From positions 30,005,711 through 30,069,710 of the forward strand of contig NC_068989.1 of NCBI RefSeq assembly GCF_001194135.2: a stretch of 64,000 bases of DNA, in the 5' to 3' direction. This DNA comes from Octopus bimaculoides. Its lineage: Eukaryota. This document shows positions 12,478 through 24,490 of the stretch, one piece after another. Numbering within the stretch: position 1 is the first letter of the stretch; each line of letters begins with the position of its first letter. The position numbers and the translations under genes are program-made. The notes beneath the pieces were generated by a model. That model was not told the origin of the DNA, searched no databases, and saw nothing but the letters and a program-made list of their open reading frames with translations.

Positions 12478-13744
12478 TCAGGTTGAGTAAAAAGCAAGCA
12501 ACGTTTTGAACCATGAAGAATTTGTACCAGATTTTTGCAGAGTTTTGAATTTTGCAGAGTTCTGATAATACAGGCAGAGACTTGCCTACATGTATCAATA
12601 AATTAACATTGATATTTTTTCACTGTTGTTACAATAATCTGAAATTGAACTGTCAAAGCATGATATTTGAGCAATTTTGCTATTCAACTTCAAAAAAGTA
12701 TGTAAAACAGCTGAAACTGTTCACGATATCAGCAAAATGTTTGAGGAAATGACCAGTGAGTGGTCAACTTGAAAATGGTTTAAACGATTTCGCAGTGAAG
12801 AACTGAGCCTTGAAGATTGGGAGTATAGTGGACGCCCATCTGTCATCAATGATGGTTAATTAAGACCATCATTGAGAAAGATCCATGTAAAACTTCTCAA
12901 CAACTGGCAAAAGAACTTTAAGTTAGCCAGAAAACTGCCTGCAACCATTTGCATGTAACTGGAAAACCAAAAAAGCTTGACAAATGGGTACCACACGATT
13001 TGAATGAAAATCAGAAAATGTGCAGACATGAAATTTGCTTGTTGCTTCTTCTCTGTAACCAAATCGATCCATTTCTTGACTGTATTGTAACTTGCGATGA
13101 AAAATGGATTCTCTGTACAATAATAAAAAACGTTCTTCACAGTGATTGGATCAAAATGAAGCACTGAAAACCTTCCCTAAACCCGAGGTCTTCAAAAAGA
13201 AGGTTATGGTGACTGTTTGGTGGTGTACTGCTGGACTCATCCACTATAACTTCTTAAAACTTGGAAAAACCATTACTGTAGAAACATATTGCCATGAAAT
13301 TGCTAAAATGAATGAAAAACTGCTACTCATCCATCTCAGACTGGTCAACAGAAGAGGGTCAATCATTCTTCATGACAATGCTTGACCACACGTTTCACTA
13401 ATGATGCTTCAGAAGTTGAGAGAACTTGGCTATGAAGTTCTTCCTCACTCAGCTTATTCCACAGACCTTTCTCCTACCGACAATCACTTTTTCAAGCACC
13501 TTGATGGTTTCCTGCGAGAGAAGGAGTTCAAAAATCAAACCGATGCTGAAAGTGTATTCAAAGTGTTCATCAACTCCAAAACTCCATATTTTTATGTTAC
13601 CAGAATAAACAAACTTCTAACTCATTGACAAAAATGCTTTGATTGTAATGGTACTTACTTTGATGAATAACATTTCTGCATTGTTGCAATATATTGTGAT
13701 GAATTTCATGTTTCAAAACGTTGCTTACTTTTTACTCAGCCTGA
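12478..13744 (+). mobile_element. Full-length mariner (Hsmar1/SETMAR-like) with 33-bp TIRs, TA target duplication and a disrupted D,D34D transposase
   Basis: TA|tcaggttgagtaaaaagcaagcaacgttttgaa (12478-12510) and ttcaaaacgttgcttactttttactcagcctga|TA (13712-13744). Motifs WVPHDL, IVTCDEKWI, KKVMVTVWW, LHDNA, YSTDLSPTD; stops and frameshifts present. Confidence 0.96.
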
Positions 13745-14724
13745 TAGATAAAATCCAGAATACTGAAAATTTTCCTAGGCTTGTCAAAGATAGAAAGTTT
13801 AAGAAGTGGAAACTTCTGAATTGAAATTTGTCTGTAACAGAAAGTAATTGGATGACAACATTTTCATTAAATGTATTTGTATACAATGAAGAGATTTTAA
13901 CATTAAAACATTAAAACATTAAAACATTTAAAAAGCATGGAGTCAGCTATTTGATATTATCAGAATATTAGAAAAAAAAAATGAAGAGAAGTGGGGAGAG
14001 GAAGGAATGAAAGATTGAGTAAGTGAAAGACTTGAACAGGATGAAGAAAAAACTAATGGAGAATGTGAAAATACAGAAATGGTTTGTAGATAACTAAATT
14101 TACTCATGAGTGGGAAGCACAAACACAATTTCTAAAGACCCACAATAATTTTCTTTGGTAGAATCCTATTTATCATTTCTTGTACAGTATAAACATTCCA
14201 TTTTTCACAGAAATGCAATCTATATTCAAAAGTAGTGCATTTAGGCACGAATAACATATTTTTATCCAAGATGGTTGTCTAATGTTACAAGTACACCAAA
14301 CATAATTTAAGAACAATGACAATGTTGATTTAAAATTAAATTATTCAAATGAAACTAGACAGCAACACATGCAAGTTAAATGAATAAACAGCAATAAAAT
14401 ATTTTAATCAAAGAATATTTGTGGTTATTAAAATTTTAATATATTGATTTAGTATTTATCAACATTTTTGAATTATAATTAACAAACAAAATCAGATTAT
14501 AGCATTCATAAAAATAATCTCTCAAAACTGGTTATTTAATCTCAGATAAGCCATGCATCACTTAAAGTTATTTTTTTGTGGAAATACTTTCTTTGGAAAA
14601 GCTGTTATACATACACTTTTACAGGCTAATAATATTCTGGATTAAAATACTCAGAATAACTAGAAGTTTATCATCTCTTTTTGAATTTGATAACAGAATT
14701 GAATATATATGGTAATTAAATATT

Positions 14725-14933
14725 GATTTCAAATTTCGGCACAAGGCCAGCAATTTTGGGGGTGGGGGTAAGTTGATTACATCAACCCCAGTGCTTGACT
14801 GGTACTTATTTCATGGACCCCAAAAGGATAAAAGGCTAAGTCGACCTCAGTGGAATTTGGACTCAGAATGTAAAGACAGATTAAATGCTGCTAAGCATTT
14901 TGCCCGGTATGTTAACAATTCTGCCAGCTTGCC
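14725..14933 (-). mobile_element. SINE family 2
   Basis: Full alignment to the other family-2 copies. Confidence 0.85.
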
Positions 14934-15959
14934 TCTTTTATATATGGTAAAATATATTTACCATATACACTCAGGATGTTTGTTTTGAGCAAATTATCCA
15001 TACTTGTAACCAGTCCAGATTAAAATAAAGATGGAATGGTTTGACAAAATTGATTGCACATAGCCCTAATTAAAAAAATTATTATTCTTTAATCCTTAAC
15101 ATTTAAAGTAGTGCTAGACTGATGTTCTGAAAATATGTTAAATAATTTTCCTTTTTTTTTACATTCCTAAAGTCCTATTTTGATTTGAATTCACTCAGAC
15201 ATAATTGACTTGATGTTATTTAAATCAATATGGTTTTTCCCTTTTGAAAAACTAGTTTAAGAAGAACAAGTAAAAAAATAAAAAGAGTTCTAAAAATGAA
15301 AAAACAGGATTGGAGAAATTATTTCTGAAATTGAGTTTAATAATTTTTACTACAAGGGTAAATATTCAAGCGTGTTCACAGTATTTCAGTAATTTCTGCA
15401 CTTTTATAAACCTAATAGATTAACATTCAAATACATAAGAGCTATTTAGTAAAATTATGCTCAGTGTTAGTCCTAAATTAGCATCCTCAGCATATAATGG
15501 TTTCAGATTGAGAAGCTTTGATTAAACTAAGCCCAACTGGTTACTGAAACAAACTATATTTAGCACAGCACTAAGTTTAATGATGCATTTAACTAAAGTC
15601 TTTGTTATAAAAATTATCATTATTCTGCTACTCAAGCTGAAAGTCTTTTGCTCAATTCCTTTTTGGTTCTATTACTATAAAATAATGTTGAATCTAGACC
15701 TTCAATTTTATCTAAAACAAATCATATAGAATCATTATCACTGGTGTAAATGTTTTCAAAATAGCTTTCGCTTATTCAAGCTTATTTATATAATTTTTCA
15801 CTGTAGTTTCTATTTTTAGACAATGCTTCAATAAAGTTGAATTATCTTTAAAGTTTTCCAAGCAGTCATTTTTAATCCACTGCCGGATAAGCTTCAGCAT
15901 GCCATTGTTGGCTTAACTATGTTGATTGTAGACTTACTTGTTGACACTGGACAACTGCA

Positions 15960-16230
15960 GGTTAGATGGATTGCTCCTGTGGTTGGGTAATTTGGCAGAA
16001 TTTGAAACCAGAATGCAAAGTGCTAGAGCAAATACTTGAAGACATCTCATCTGATGTTCTAACAATCTACTAATCAATCACCCTGTAGTGGTACTATATT
16101 TATTGATAGTGAGAGGAGAAAAGGCAAAGTTGATTTTGAGTGGGATTTGAACTAAGAGCACAGTGAACTAGAATAAATATTGTAAGGCATTTTATTTGAT
16201 GTTTCATTATATCTGTCAGTTCAGTACCTT
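15960..16230 (-). mobile_element. Decayed SINE family 2-like remnants
   Basis: aaaggcaaagttgattttgagtgggatttgaact and gcagaatttgaaaccagaatg partial matches. Confidence 0.45.
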
Positions 16231-18709
16231 TTATATTTAGATATTTATGTAAAATTATACTTTATGGAAAAATTCCATCATTTGGATCACAGGAGCAACA
16301 TTTGTAAAAATTTGCTTTTACATCCTATAATATAAAGCAGTTGGTAGAGCTCTCTCCTTTCTTTGTTTCTAAGTTATTCATATGAGGATGTGAATTCACC
16401 ATTACAATTGAGTGAAATTTTTCATGGTGTCTGGGTATATTATTTGAGAATCAAAGCCATGGACATAACACACTGAAATTAAAGTAAATGAACTGTCAAA
16501 CTTAGCACTACTAGGCTTCTGCTTTCATAATATTGACCTATTATATTGCAATAACAGTCAACTATAAATTCAGTTTTTTTAATATTATGATACACAGAAA
16601 TGTAAATTTGACATTGCTGAATCCTTTCGTATTGTTTAATAAATAAAGTAAATAACATTTTTTAAAAAGAATATAGAACAAAGAAATCTGGAGTTATCTC
16701 ATTCTATTATAAGTAAATTTATCTGAAATATCTTCTAGTTTATTCGAGGTTAGTTATAATTTAAATAAGACTTTTGATGAAACTGAACTGTAAACAGTTG
16801 GAAAAAATGGATGNNNNNNNNNNNNNNNNNNNNNNNNNNNNNNNNNNNNNNNNNNNNNNNNNNNNNNNNNNNNNNNNNNNNNNNNNNNNNNNNNNNNNNN
16901 NNNNNNNNNNNNNNNNNNNNNNNNNNNNNNNNNNNACACACACACACACACACACACACAGAGCCATAGCTAGTTAGCCTTTAGCAACCTTTGTGAGCAG
17001 ACTCACTATTTTTTCTTTACTTAATATATCTATGAAGCAGGACAATAAATAGTGCCGAGTCTCCCAGTTATCCAACATTGTGTAACCAATGGAACTGACC
17101 TTCCACATTAAATCTAGCTATGGCTCTGTATAGTAATAAGTTGTAAAGAGTAAGCCAGAAGAAAAAAATGGATTTGATGTCTTAGAAAGTTCACATTAAG
17201 TTCTTTAAAAGTCAGTCATAAAGAAAAAAAACATTCATTAATCAGTGAAATGACAGAAGGCTGAACATGTAGCTATCTTAGATGGCTCCACTCACCGGCA
17301 TGGACCAATACACAACCATATATCTGAAAGTGAGTATGAAAGATTATGTTAATAGAAAAGTATGTAATGTCTGAAAGCTTAACCAGTCTTAACTTTTGGA
17401 AAAACTGTAACAGCCATAAAATAGAAAGAAGTTCATAAGAAATGGTAAAAGTTAAAACGAAATCTTTCTAAAAATACCACTGAGCTACTGAGAAAGTCTG
17501 ATTTTCCTAGGATGCATAAATATGACAACTCCTTCAAAGGGACAATGGTATTCTCTCCAGAAGGTTTGTATTATTTTCACCAGCTTGTAAAACAGAAGCA
17601 TGTAGAAAAGTGGAATCAAGTATTTTGTTTAGAAAATGTTGAGGTTGAATTTGGACTTACTGACTGCCAGCAACTCAGCTTTCACTTCTAAAAATTTGGA
17701 AAACAAAAACAAAATTATTTAGAGTCTCAGATTAACTTTTTGTTTTTATCACAAATGCTAGAAAAGTTTTGAATATTATTTTCAATATTTCATTAAAGTA
17801 GAAACTAGTTTATAAAAAGAACAATGAAAGTCTTGGAAAGAAAAATGAATGGAGGGTATCACACATCCATATAAAGTCAATCATAAAAACTTCAGTTACA
17901 GCTGTAACTTCACTTCACAAATTGAAAGAATAGAGAGAGAACTGAAATAATATAACATTGTGGATCATGTATGCACCAAATATGGCCAACAGGCTGTATG
18001 TTGCCATTGCTAAATTTCCTTATAGGAAAACTGTGATAATCTCTTAAAAATACTCAATACACCCAATTGCTGAAGCAAAACTCAGAACTAAACCTATTAA
18101 TTTAAATCATTCTTCCTATATTTATGATTCAATATAGAAATATATAAAAAAGATTAACTTACATTTTCGGAAAATCTATTGTTCCCAGCAGTATTTTTCT
18201 TTAAAACTATATTTACTCTGATTATTGAGGTGTGTAGTTCTTCCTTATTTTATCTGCTTCTTCTTTGTCAAAATAGTTATGCCTAAATTGCATTTGCTAT
18301 TAGATTGCATGCAGAAGAATAGCTAAATAAAGTGATAGCCATACCAAATATACATGATAGGAGCATATGTACCAAACCTAATGTTTGAAGCTGAAAGAAT
18401 CAATAATAGAGGAGAAACTAAAGGCAAACTTTTAGACATCCATATTAAGGACCAAAGATTAAAAAAAGTGCTTGCCAATAGATATTTCAATAGCAGTGGA
18501 CAAAAATATCTTTTGGAAAGAAGAGAGAATTTTAAATAATTTGAATAAGAATATGGAGTACTTGAAACATACAATTATATGGTATGTTATTGGTGATGAT
18601 AAATTTCTTTTTTTCATCATTAAGCCAATTCTAGGTAGTGTATGTAGTAAAGTGCATTAGGGCAGGATCTGAAATTGGAGTTAAACTGGACAAAACTAGA
18701 TACAGTAAT

Positions 18710-18928
18710 CTATTCTTTTGTACACTAGGCACAAGGTCTGAAATTTTTGGGGAGGGGAGCCAGTTGATTAGATCGACACCAGTACTCAACTGGTACTTAA
18801 TTTATCGACCCCAAAAGGATGAAAGGCAAAGTCGACCTCAGTGGAATTTGAACTTAGAATGTAAAGACAGACGAAATACCACCAAGCATTTTGCCCGACA
18901 TGATAACGATTCTGCCAGCTTGCCACCC
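18710..18928 (-). mobile_element. SINE family 2
   Basis: ggcacaagg...atcgaccccaaaaggatgaaaggcaaagtcgacctc...ctgccagcttgcc. Confidence 0.88.
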
Positions 18929-19149
18929 TAGATTCAGCAATCTCTGTTATAATAATAACAATATTTTATAAAGTACTTTTAACAACAGTAATTTATAATG
19001 CAAACACAAAGACAGACATTTTTTTTTAGAGAATACTGTAGTTAATTTAATCAACACCAGTATTTAACTGGTACATATTTTATTGATATGTAAAGATCTT
19101 TAGCTTGACAAGTGCACTGTTACAATATAAGCAGGAAAGCTTGTTAAAG

Positions 19150-19530
19150 CTGTAAACATCCAGACAGTGATAAAAATCAATGTAAAGGGTCTTAGCCAAA
19201 ATAAGGTTGTCAGCCAGTACACCAGGATGAAAAGAGTTATCACAAATGAATACAGGTGAATGCATGTATTGTTATACATGTATTGTAAATGAATAAAGGT
19301 GAATTCATGTAAGACTGAACTGAATTCCTAAAACAAGAATATTGATCAACAAATCTAGCAGTATCAATATATGGTTTTTGTATTATTGACTGAAAACCAC
19401 AGAAAACCAAAATAACTAGACAGAAATCTAAGAAAGCTTCTTACCACAAACAGGATGACAAAGATTCACCATCTTAAAGCTGATGTAAATAAATTATATA
19501 TTAAAGGACAAAGTGGTGAACACAAACTTC
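19150..19530 (+). mobile_element. Decayed R4/Dong-type LINE relic
   Basis: DRNLRKLLTTNRM...HHLKADVNKLYIKGQSG-like translation at ~19415-19520. Confidence 0.5.
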
Positions 19531-20061
19531 ATCTTATAATAATATTATTTATAGTTAAATGAATCTAGTTGAATAAGAACTGCTTTATTAATAACTTACA
19601 TAAACAGGGGACTATAAAAATGTATTTATTCACTAAAATTTAAGCTGACATAGGAAGAATTTTAATTGTAAAAGAAATGATGATTTCTTACTTTGTACAA
19701 ATTTGTAAGGGAATATTTTCGTGCAATAACTGTAGATGATTATAAGTATAAATTCAGATGTGAAAAACAACTTGAAAAAGTAGCCTAAAGAAAAACATGT
19801 TTAAATGACAAAAAAGAAAAGTTCTGATAAGTCTACACAAATGTTTATTTAATCTGTTATTGGCGACACAAACAATAATATAGGATGATGAAGGTCACGA
19901 CAAATAGAGTAAAAAAAATTGAAGCCATGGCCTTGATTAATGCTATTATTTTGTCAAAAGTAAAAGAAGATTAGCACATACTGTCATCTGGAGATTTGAA
20001 TCAAAAGAACGTAAATACAAAAATACGAAGCATCAGTTGTCATTGGAGCACTTGACACATG

Positions 20062-21366
20062 AATAATTTTTGTCTCATTCTTGGATCGTTAAATACCTGC
20101 AGATGTTTGGTGTTGCTGACAATATCGCAAATTTTCTGATGCGTAGCATGAAAGAGTGGAAAACCAAATTGTACTCAAGTAACGTATTCCTTGGAGAAGT
20201 TAATATTAAAAAGGGCATCTTCCAAGGTGACTCATTTTCTCTGTTACTATTTGTAATTGCACTAATACCCATAACAATGACACTTAGGAAAGTTAAGATG
20301 GATTACCGATGTGGGAAGAAAGGCCCATTATTGAACCATCTTCTGTTTATGGATGATCTGAAATTGTTTGAGAAATCTGAAAAACTGATAGATTCCTTAA
20401 CCAAAACAGTCCAGAAGTGTTGCATATGGCATAGTGGTTAAGAGCGTGGGCTACTAATCCCAAGATTCTGACTTCGATTCCTTAGGAATGAGAACCCAGT
20501 TTTGACATTTCCCCAAGACACCTGATGAAGGCTGGAGGGTATATCAGCTGAAACATGTTAACAACAAACAAAATGAGGATAAATATCTGTCAAATGTAAA
20601 TAATGTAAATACACAGGATGTCAAGGATAATACAGCATTGTGGTAATGGCTTGAGCAAGGTGATATGAAGTGTACCACCAAAAACCTGATCATTACTGCA
20701 CAAGACCTGGTTCTCATTACCAAGTCAGTGAAGTATAACATCTATAAAACTTCTGATACCCAGAAATGCAGACTCTGTGGAAAGAGTGTGGAAAATATGA
20801 CCCACTTGTTAAGTGGATGTGAGAGCCTTGCACAAAAAGAATACAAGCACTGCCATGATAATGTGTGTGTATCTTTATTGGCTCTTATGCTGTAAATAGC
20901 AATCTGAGCATTTACCAAGTAAAGGATGGAAAATAATGATATTCTGGGACTATGATTTTCAGATGGATCATGTAATCGAACACTGTTGGCCGGATATTGT
21001 CATATTGAATAAGAGAGACAAATACTGTTAGATCATTGATGTAGTCATACTAAATGACATGAATGTTGTGAGTAAAGAGGTTGAAAAAATCATCATGTAC
21101 ACTGAATTGAAAGTGAAAATGACAAGACTGTATTGATTGCAAGAGGGTAATGTAAAAGTGATACCAGTAGTGATCAGAGAGTTGGGCTCAATCTCATTGA
21201 AACTTCAAGACTTCTTAAGGCAACTGGAAATCCCATGCAAGATTATTGCAGCCTTATTGGGCACTGCGCACATCTTAAGGAAAGTATTATCTGTCTGAGG
21301 TTCTTGTTGTGACTTGACAGATGACTAAAGACTCTGATGCATTTTTACCTACACTGTGTTACAAAG

Positions 21367-21443
<77 letters not shown>
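20062..21443 (+). mobile_element. R4/Dong-type LINE, internally deleted and interrupted at 20421-20610, ending in (AAT)n
   Basis: GIFQGDSFSLLLFVIALIP and LNHLLFMDDLKLF (20070-20420); CRLCGKSVENMTHLLSGC, HCHDNVC, ILWDY...PDIV-like (20665-21290); tail (AAT)n 21367-21443. Confidence 0.9.
20421..20610 (+). mobile_element. Free-standing tRNA-headed element carrying a hammerhead-like core (putative Penelope-dependent SINE)
   Basis: A box TGGCATAGTGG 20427-20437, B-box-like GACTTCGATTCC 20470-20481, CTGATGA 20522-20528, stem GGCTG/CAGCT, GAAA 20550-20553. Homologous to 59300-59525 (minus). Confidence 0.75.
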
Positions 21444-21445
<2 letters not shown>

Positions 21446-21878
21446 CCTTTCTACTATAGGCACAAGGCTTGAAGTTTGGAGGAAGAGAATAGTCGATTAC
21501 ATCAAACCCAGTGTTTCACTGGTACTTAATTTATCAATCCCAAAAAGATGAAAGGCAAAGTCGACCTTGGCAGAATTTGAACTCAGAATATAAAGATGGT
21601 TGAAATACTGTCAAGCACTTCGCTCAGCATGCTAATGATTCTGCCAGCTTGCTTAATAATGATAATGGTTTCAAATTTTGGCACAAGGCCAGGAATTTCA
21701 GGCAGGGGACAAATTGATTACATTGACCCCAGTGTTCAACTGGTACTTATTTCATTGATCCCGAAAGGATGAAAGGCTAAGTTGAACCCAGCAGATTTTG
21801 AACTTAGTGAAAAGACAGCCAAAATACCACTAAGCATTTTGCCCAGCTTGCTAATGATTCTGCCAATTCATTGCCCTT
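21444..21878 (-). mobile_element. Two tandem copies of SINE family 2
   Basis: Copies 21444-21652 and 21663-21878, same orientation, separated by a short aat/gat run; the first copy's tail is the (AAT)n run of the preceding LINE. Confidence 0.87.
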
Positions 21879-21889
21879 AATAATAATGA

Positions 21890-22165
21890 TGATGGACTCT
21901 TCTGTCAAAGATGACATATGAGTGTGCAGCTTTTACTGAATGACCTGCACAAATGATTTGTTCATGCTGCATGTTAGCTCACACTTTCTATCATATTGAC
22001 ATTGTCTGAACAAGTGCATGATGTACCACACACCAGGTGTCAGAGTGATTGCAGAGCAACATGAGATGAAGTGTTTCACTCAAGAACACAATACACCACC
22101 CAGTCTAGGAATTGAAATTACAATTGCTAGATTATGAGTGCAACACCCTAACCATTAAGGCATAA
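21890..22165 (-). mobile_element. tRNA-derived CORE-like SINE, decayed
   Basis: Minus strand: tggttagggtgttgcactcataatc head, then ttgtgttcttgagtgaaacacttcatctcatgttgctc (CORE-like block). Confidence 0.6.
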
Positions 22166-22269
22166 TACCACTTATTAGTTGATAAATTGATAATTAGAAA
22201 TTGTAGATGCTGATTGACAGGACTGAATATAGCATGGTTAGATTGCAAAAAAAGTATATGATATGATAC

Positions 22270-23399
22270 CACACAGTTAGATAAGTAAAATAATGAGCAT
22301 GTTTGGAGTGGCAGAAAATATGAAGAAAATGGTTAATCAAAGTATGAAACATTGGAATACTGAATTAACTGGAAGAAAACAAAAACTTGGAAAAATGAAC
22401 ATCAGATGTGGAATATTTCAAGGTGATAGCTTATCTTCATTATCGTTTGTATTGGACATGATACCACCCAGATTGATATTGTGAAAAGTTACAATAGCTT
22501 ATGATTTTGGAAAAGGATATGGTCAAATAAATCATCTCTTTTTCATGGATGATATAAAGATTTATGTGAAAAATGAGAAACGGCTTGAAAGCCTTAGACG
22601 TATTGTTTGCATTTTCTGAAATGATGTAGGTATGGAATTTGAGATTGAAAAGTGTGTTATGTTGAATATGAATTGAGAAAGATTTGAAGGAAGCTAGGGA
22701 ATTGAAATGCTATTGGGCAAACAATGAAAGTGGTTGAGAAAGGACAGTGGTATAAGTACTTGGGGATACTGGCAGCAGATGAAATAAAACATGAAGAAGT
22801 GAAACAAATTACCAGTAGAGAGAGAGAGAGAGAGANNNNNNNNNNNNNNNNNNNNNNNNNNNNNNNNNNNNNNNNNNNNNNNNNNNNNNNNNNNNNNNNN
22901 NNNNNNNNNNNNNNNNNNNNNNNNNNNNNNNNNNNNNNNNNNNNNNNNNNNNNNNNNNNNNNNNNNNNNNNNNNNNNNNNNNNNNNNNNNNNNNNNNNNN
23001 NNNNNNNNNNNNNNNNNNNNNNNNNNNNNNNNNNNNNNNNNNNNNNNNNNNNNNNNNNNNNNNNNNNNNNNNNNNNNNNNNNNNNNNNNNNNNNNNNNNN
23101 NNNNNNNNNNNNNNNNNNNNNNNNNNNNNNNNNNNNNNNNNNNNNNNNNNNNNNNNNNNNNNNNNNNNNNNNNNNNNNNNNNNNNNNNNNNNNNNNNNNN
23201 NNNNNNNNNNNNNNNNNNNNNNNNNNNNNNNNNNNNNNNNNNNNNNNNNNNNNNNNNNNNNNNNNNNNNNNNNNNNNNNNNNNNNNNNNNNNNNNNNNNN
23301 NNNNNNNNNNNNNNNNNNNNNNNNNNNNNNNNNNNNNNNNNNNNNNNNNNNNNNNNNNNNNNNNNNNNNNNNNNNNNNNNNNNNNNNNNNNNNNNNNNN

Positions 23400-23451
<52 letters not shown>

Positions 23452-24490
23452 ATTGCAGTTAGAGCTGAATTCAAAAGATGTTATTGAAACAATAAATGTA
23501 ATCAAATATGGAGTAGGAATTGTAGATTGGACCAAAAACGACATACAGAAACTTGACAGAAAAATTAGAAAGCTGTTGACAATGAATGGAGCCCACCATC
23601 CAAAAGCTGGTATCAACCAGCTGTACCTGAAGAGGGTAGAAGAGGCTTAATTGCTGTGGAAGAGTGTGTACAGATGGAAAGAAAAAGCATACTAGAATAT
23701 TTACAGAACAACACAGAGAAACTACTAAAGATAGTGAGTAAGGAACAGGTGATCAAGTGTAGAATAGGAGAAAAGGACAAGAATGAAATTCAAAGAGAGC
23801 ACATTAAACAGTTTGAAGAGAAACCTCTACTTGGTCAATTTTGGAGAGCCACTGAAAATGTGGAACAAAATCCTGGGCTTGGTTAATAGCAGGGCAATTA
23901 AAAAAAACAGAAACAGAGAGCTTAATTGTAGCAGTCCAGGATTAAGCGATAAAAACAAACAACTTGAGGAAAAATGTATATGGGGAGAATATGTCAGAAA
24001 AATGTAGAGTCTGTGGAACTTGGAATGGAACAGTAGCACGGATTTTTGAAGAATGTCCCAAGTTAGTACAGGAAAAAATATAAGAAAAGGAGGTATGGTC
24101 AAGTTGTAAAAGTTTTACGCTGGAAGTTTTGTCAGAAATGGGGATTTGAAGCTGGTGACACATAGTATAAACATTAGGTCGAAACAGTGCTGGAGTTGGA
24201 GAATTGTAAGGTTTTGTGGGACTTTCCTATTCAAACCAGAAGCTAGAAAATAATAAACAAGGCATAACAATAATAGATAAGGGAAGCGAAGTTGTTTACT
24301 AATTGATCCATCCTGTCCATCTGATTTCAGGATCATAAAGAAAGAAGACAAAAAAGAAAAAAGAAATACAATCCCATAAAATTTTAAATTGCAAGAATTT
24401 GGAATATAGAAGCTGTAAAGGTTGTGCTTATGATAATTGGTGCTTTGGAAAATGTAAGCAAAGATATAAAATAAATAGTTGAAGGATGTA
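22270..24490 (+). mobile_element. R4/Dong-type LINE 3' half, containing (AG)n and a gap
   Basis: CGIFQGDSLS, NHLFFMDDIK, YKYLGIL, KLDRKIRKLLTMNGAHHPKA, CKVLWDFPIQT; same subfamily as 53885-55390. Confidence 0.9.

Noticed and set aside
12478-13744. SETMAR gene call
   Set aside because: No SET domain, multiple stops, and intact TIRs/TSD show it is a transposon copy.
18323-18660. Short Lys/Asn-rich ORFs (MIGAYVPNLMFEAER...)
   Set aside because: No recognisable domain or splice signals; possibly an old LINE relic but unsupported.
20421-20485. Functional tRNA gene (also the SINE heads elsewhere)
   Set aside because: A/B boxes and an anticodon-like loop are present, but no acceptor stem can be formed; these are SINE-type heads.
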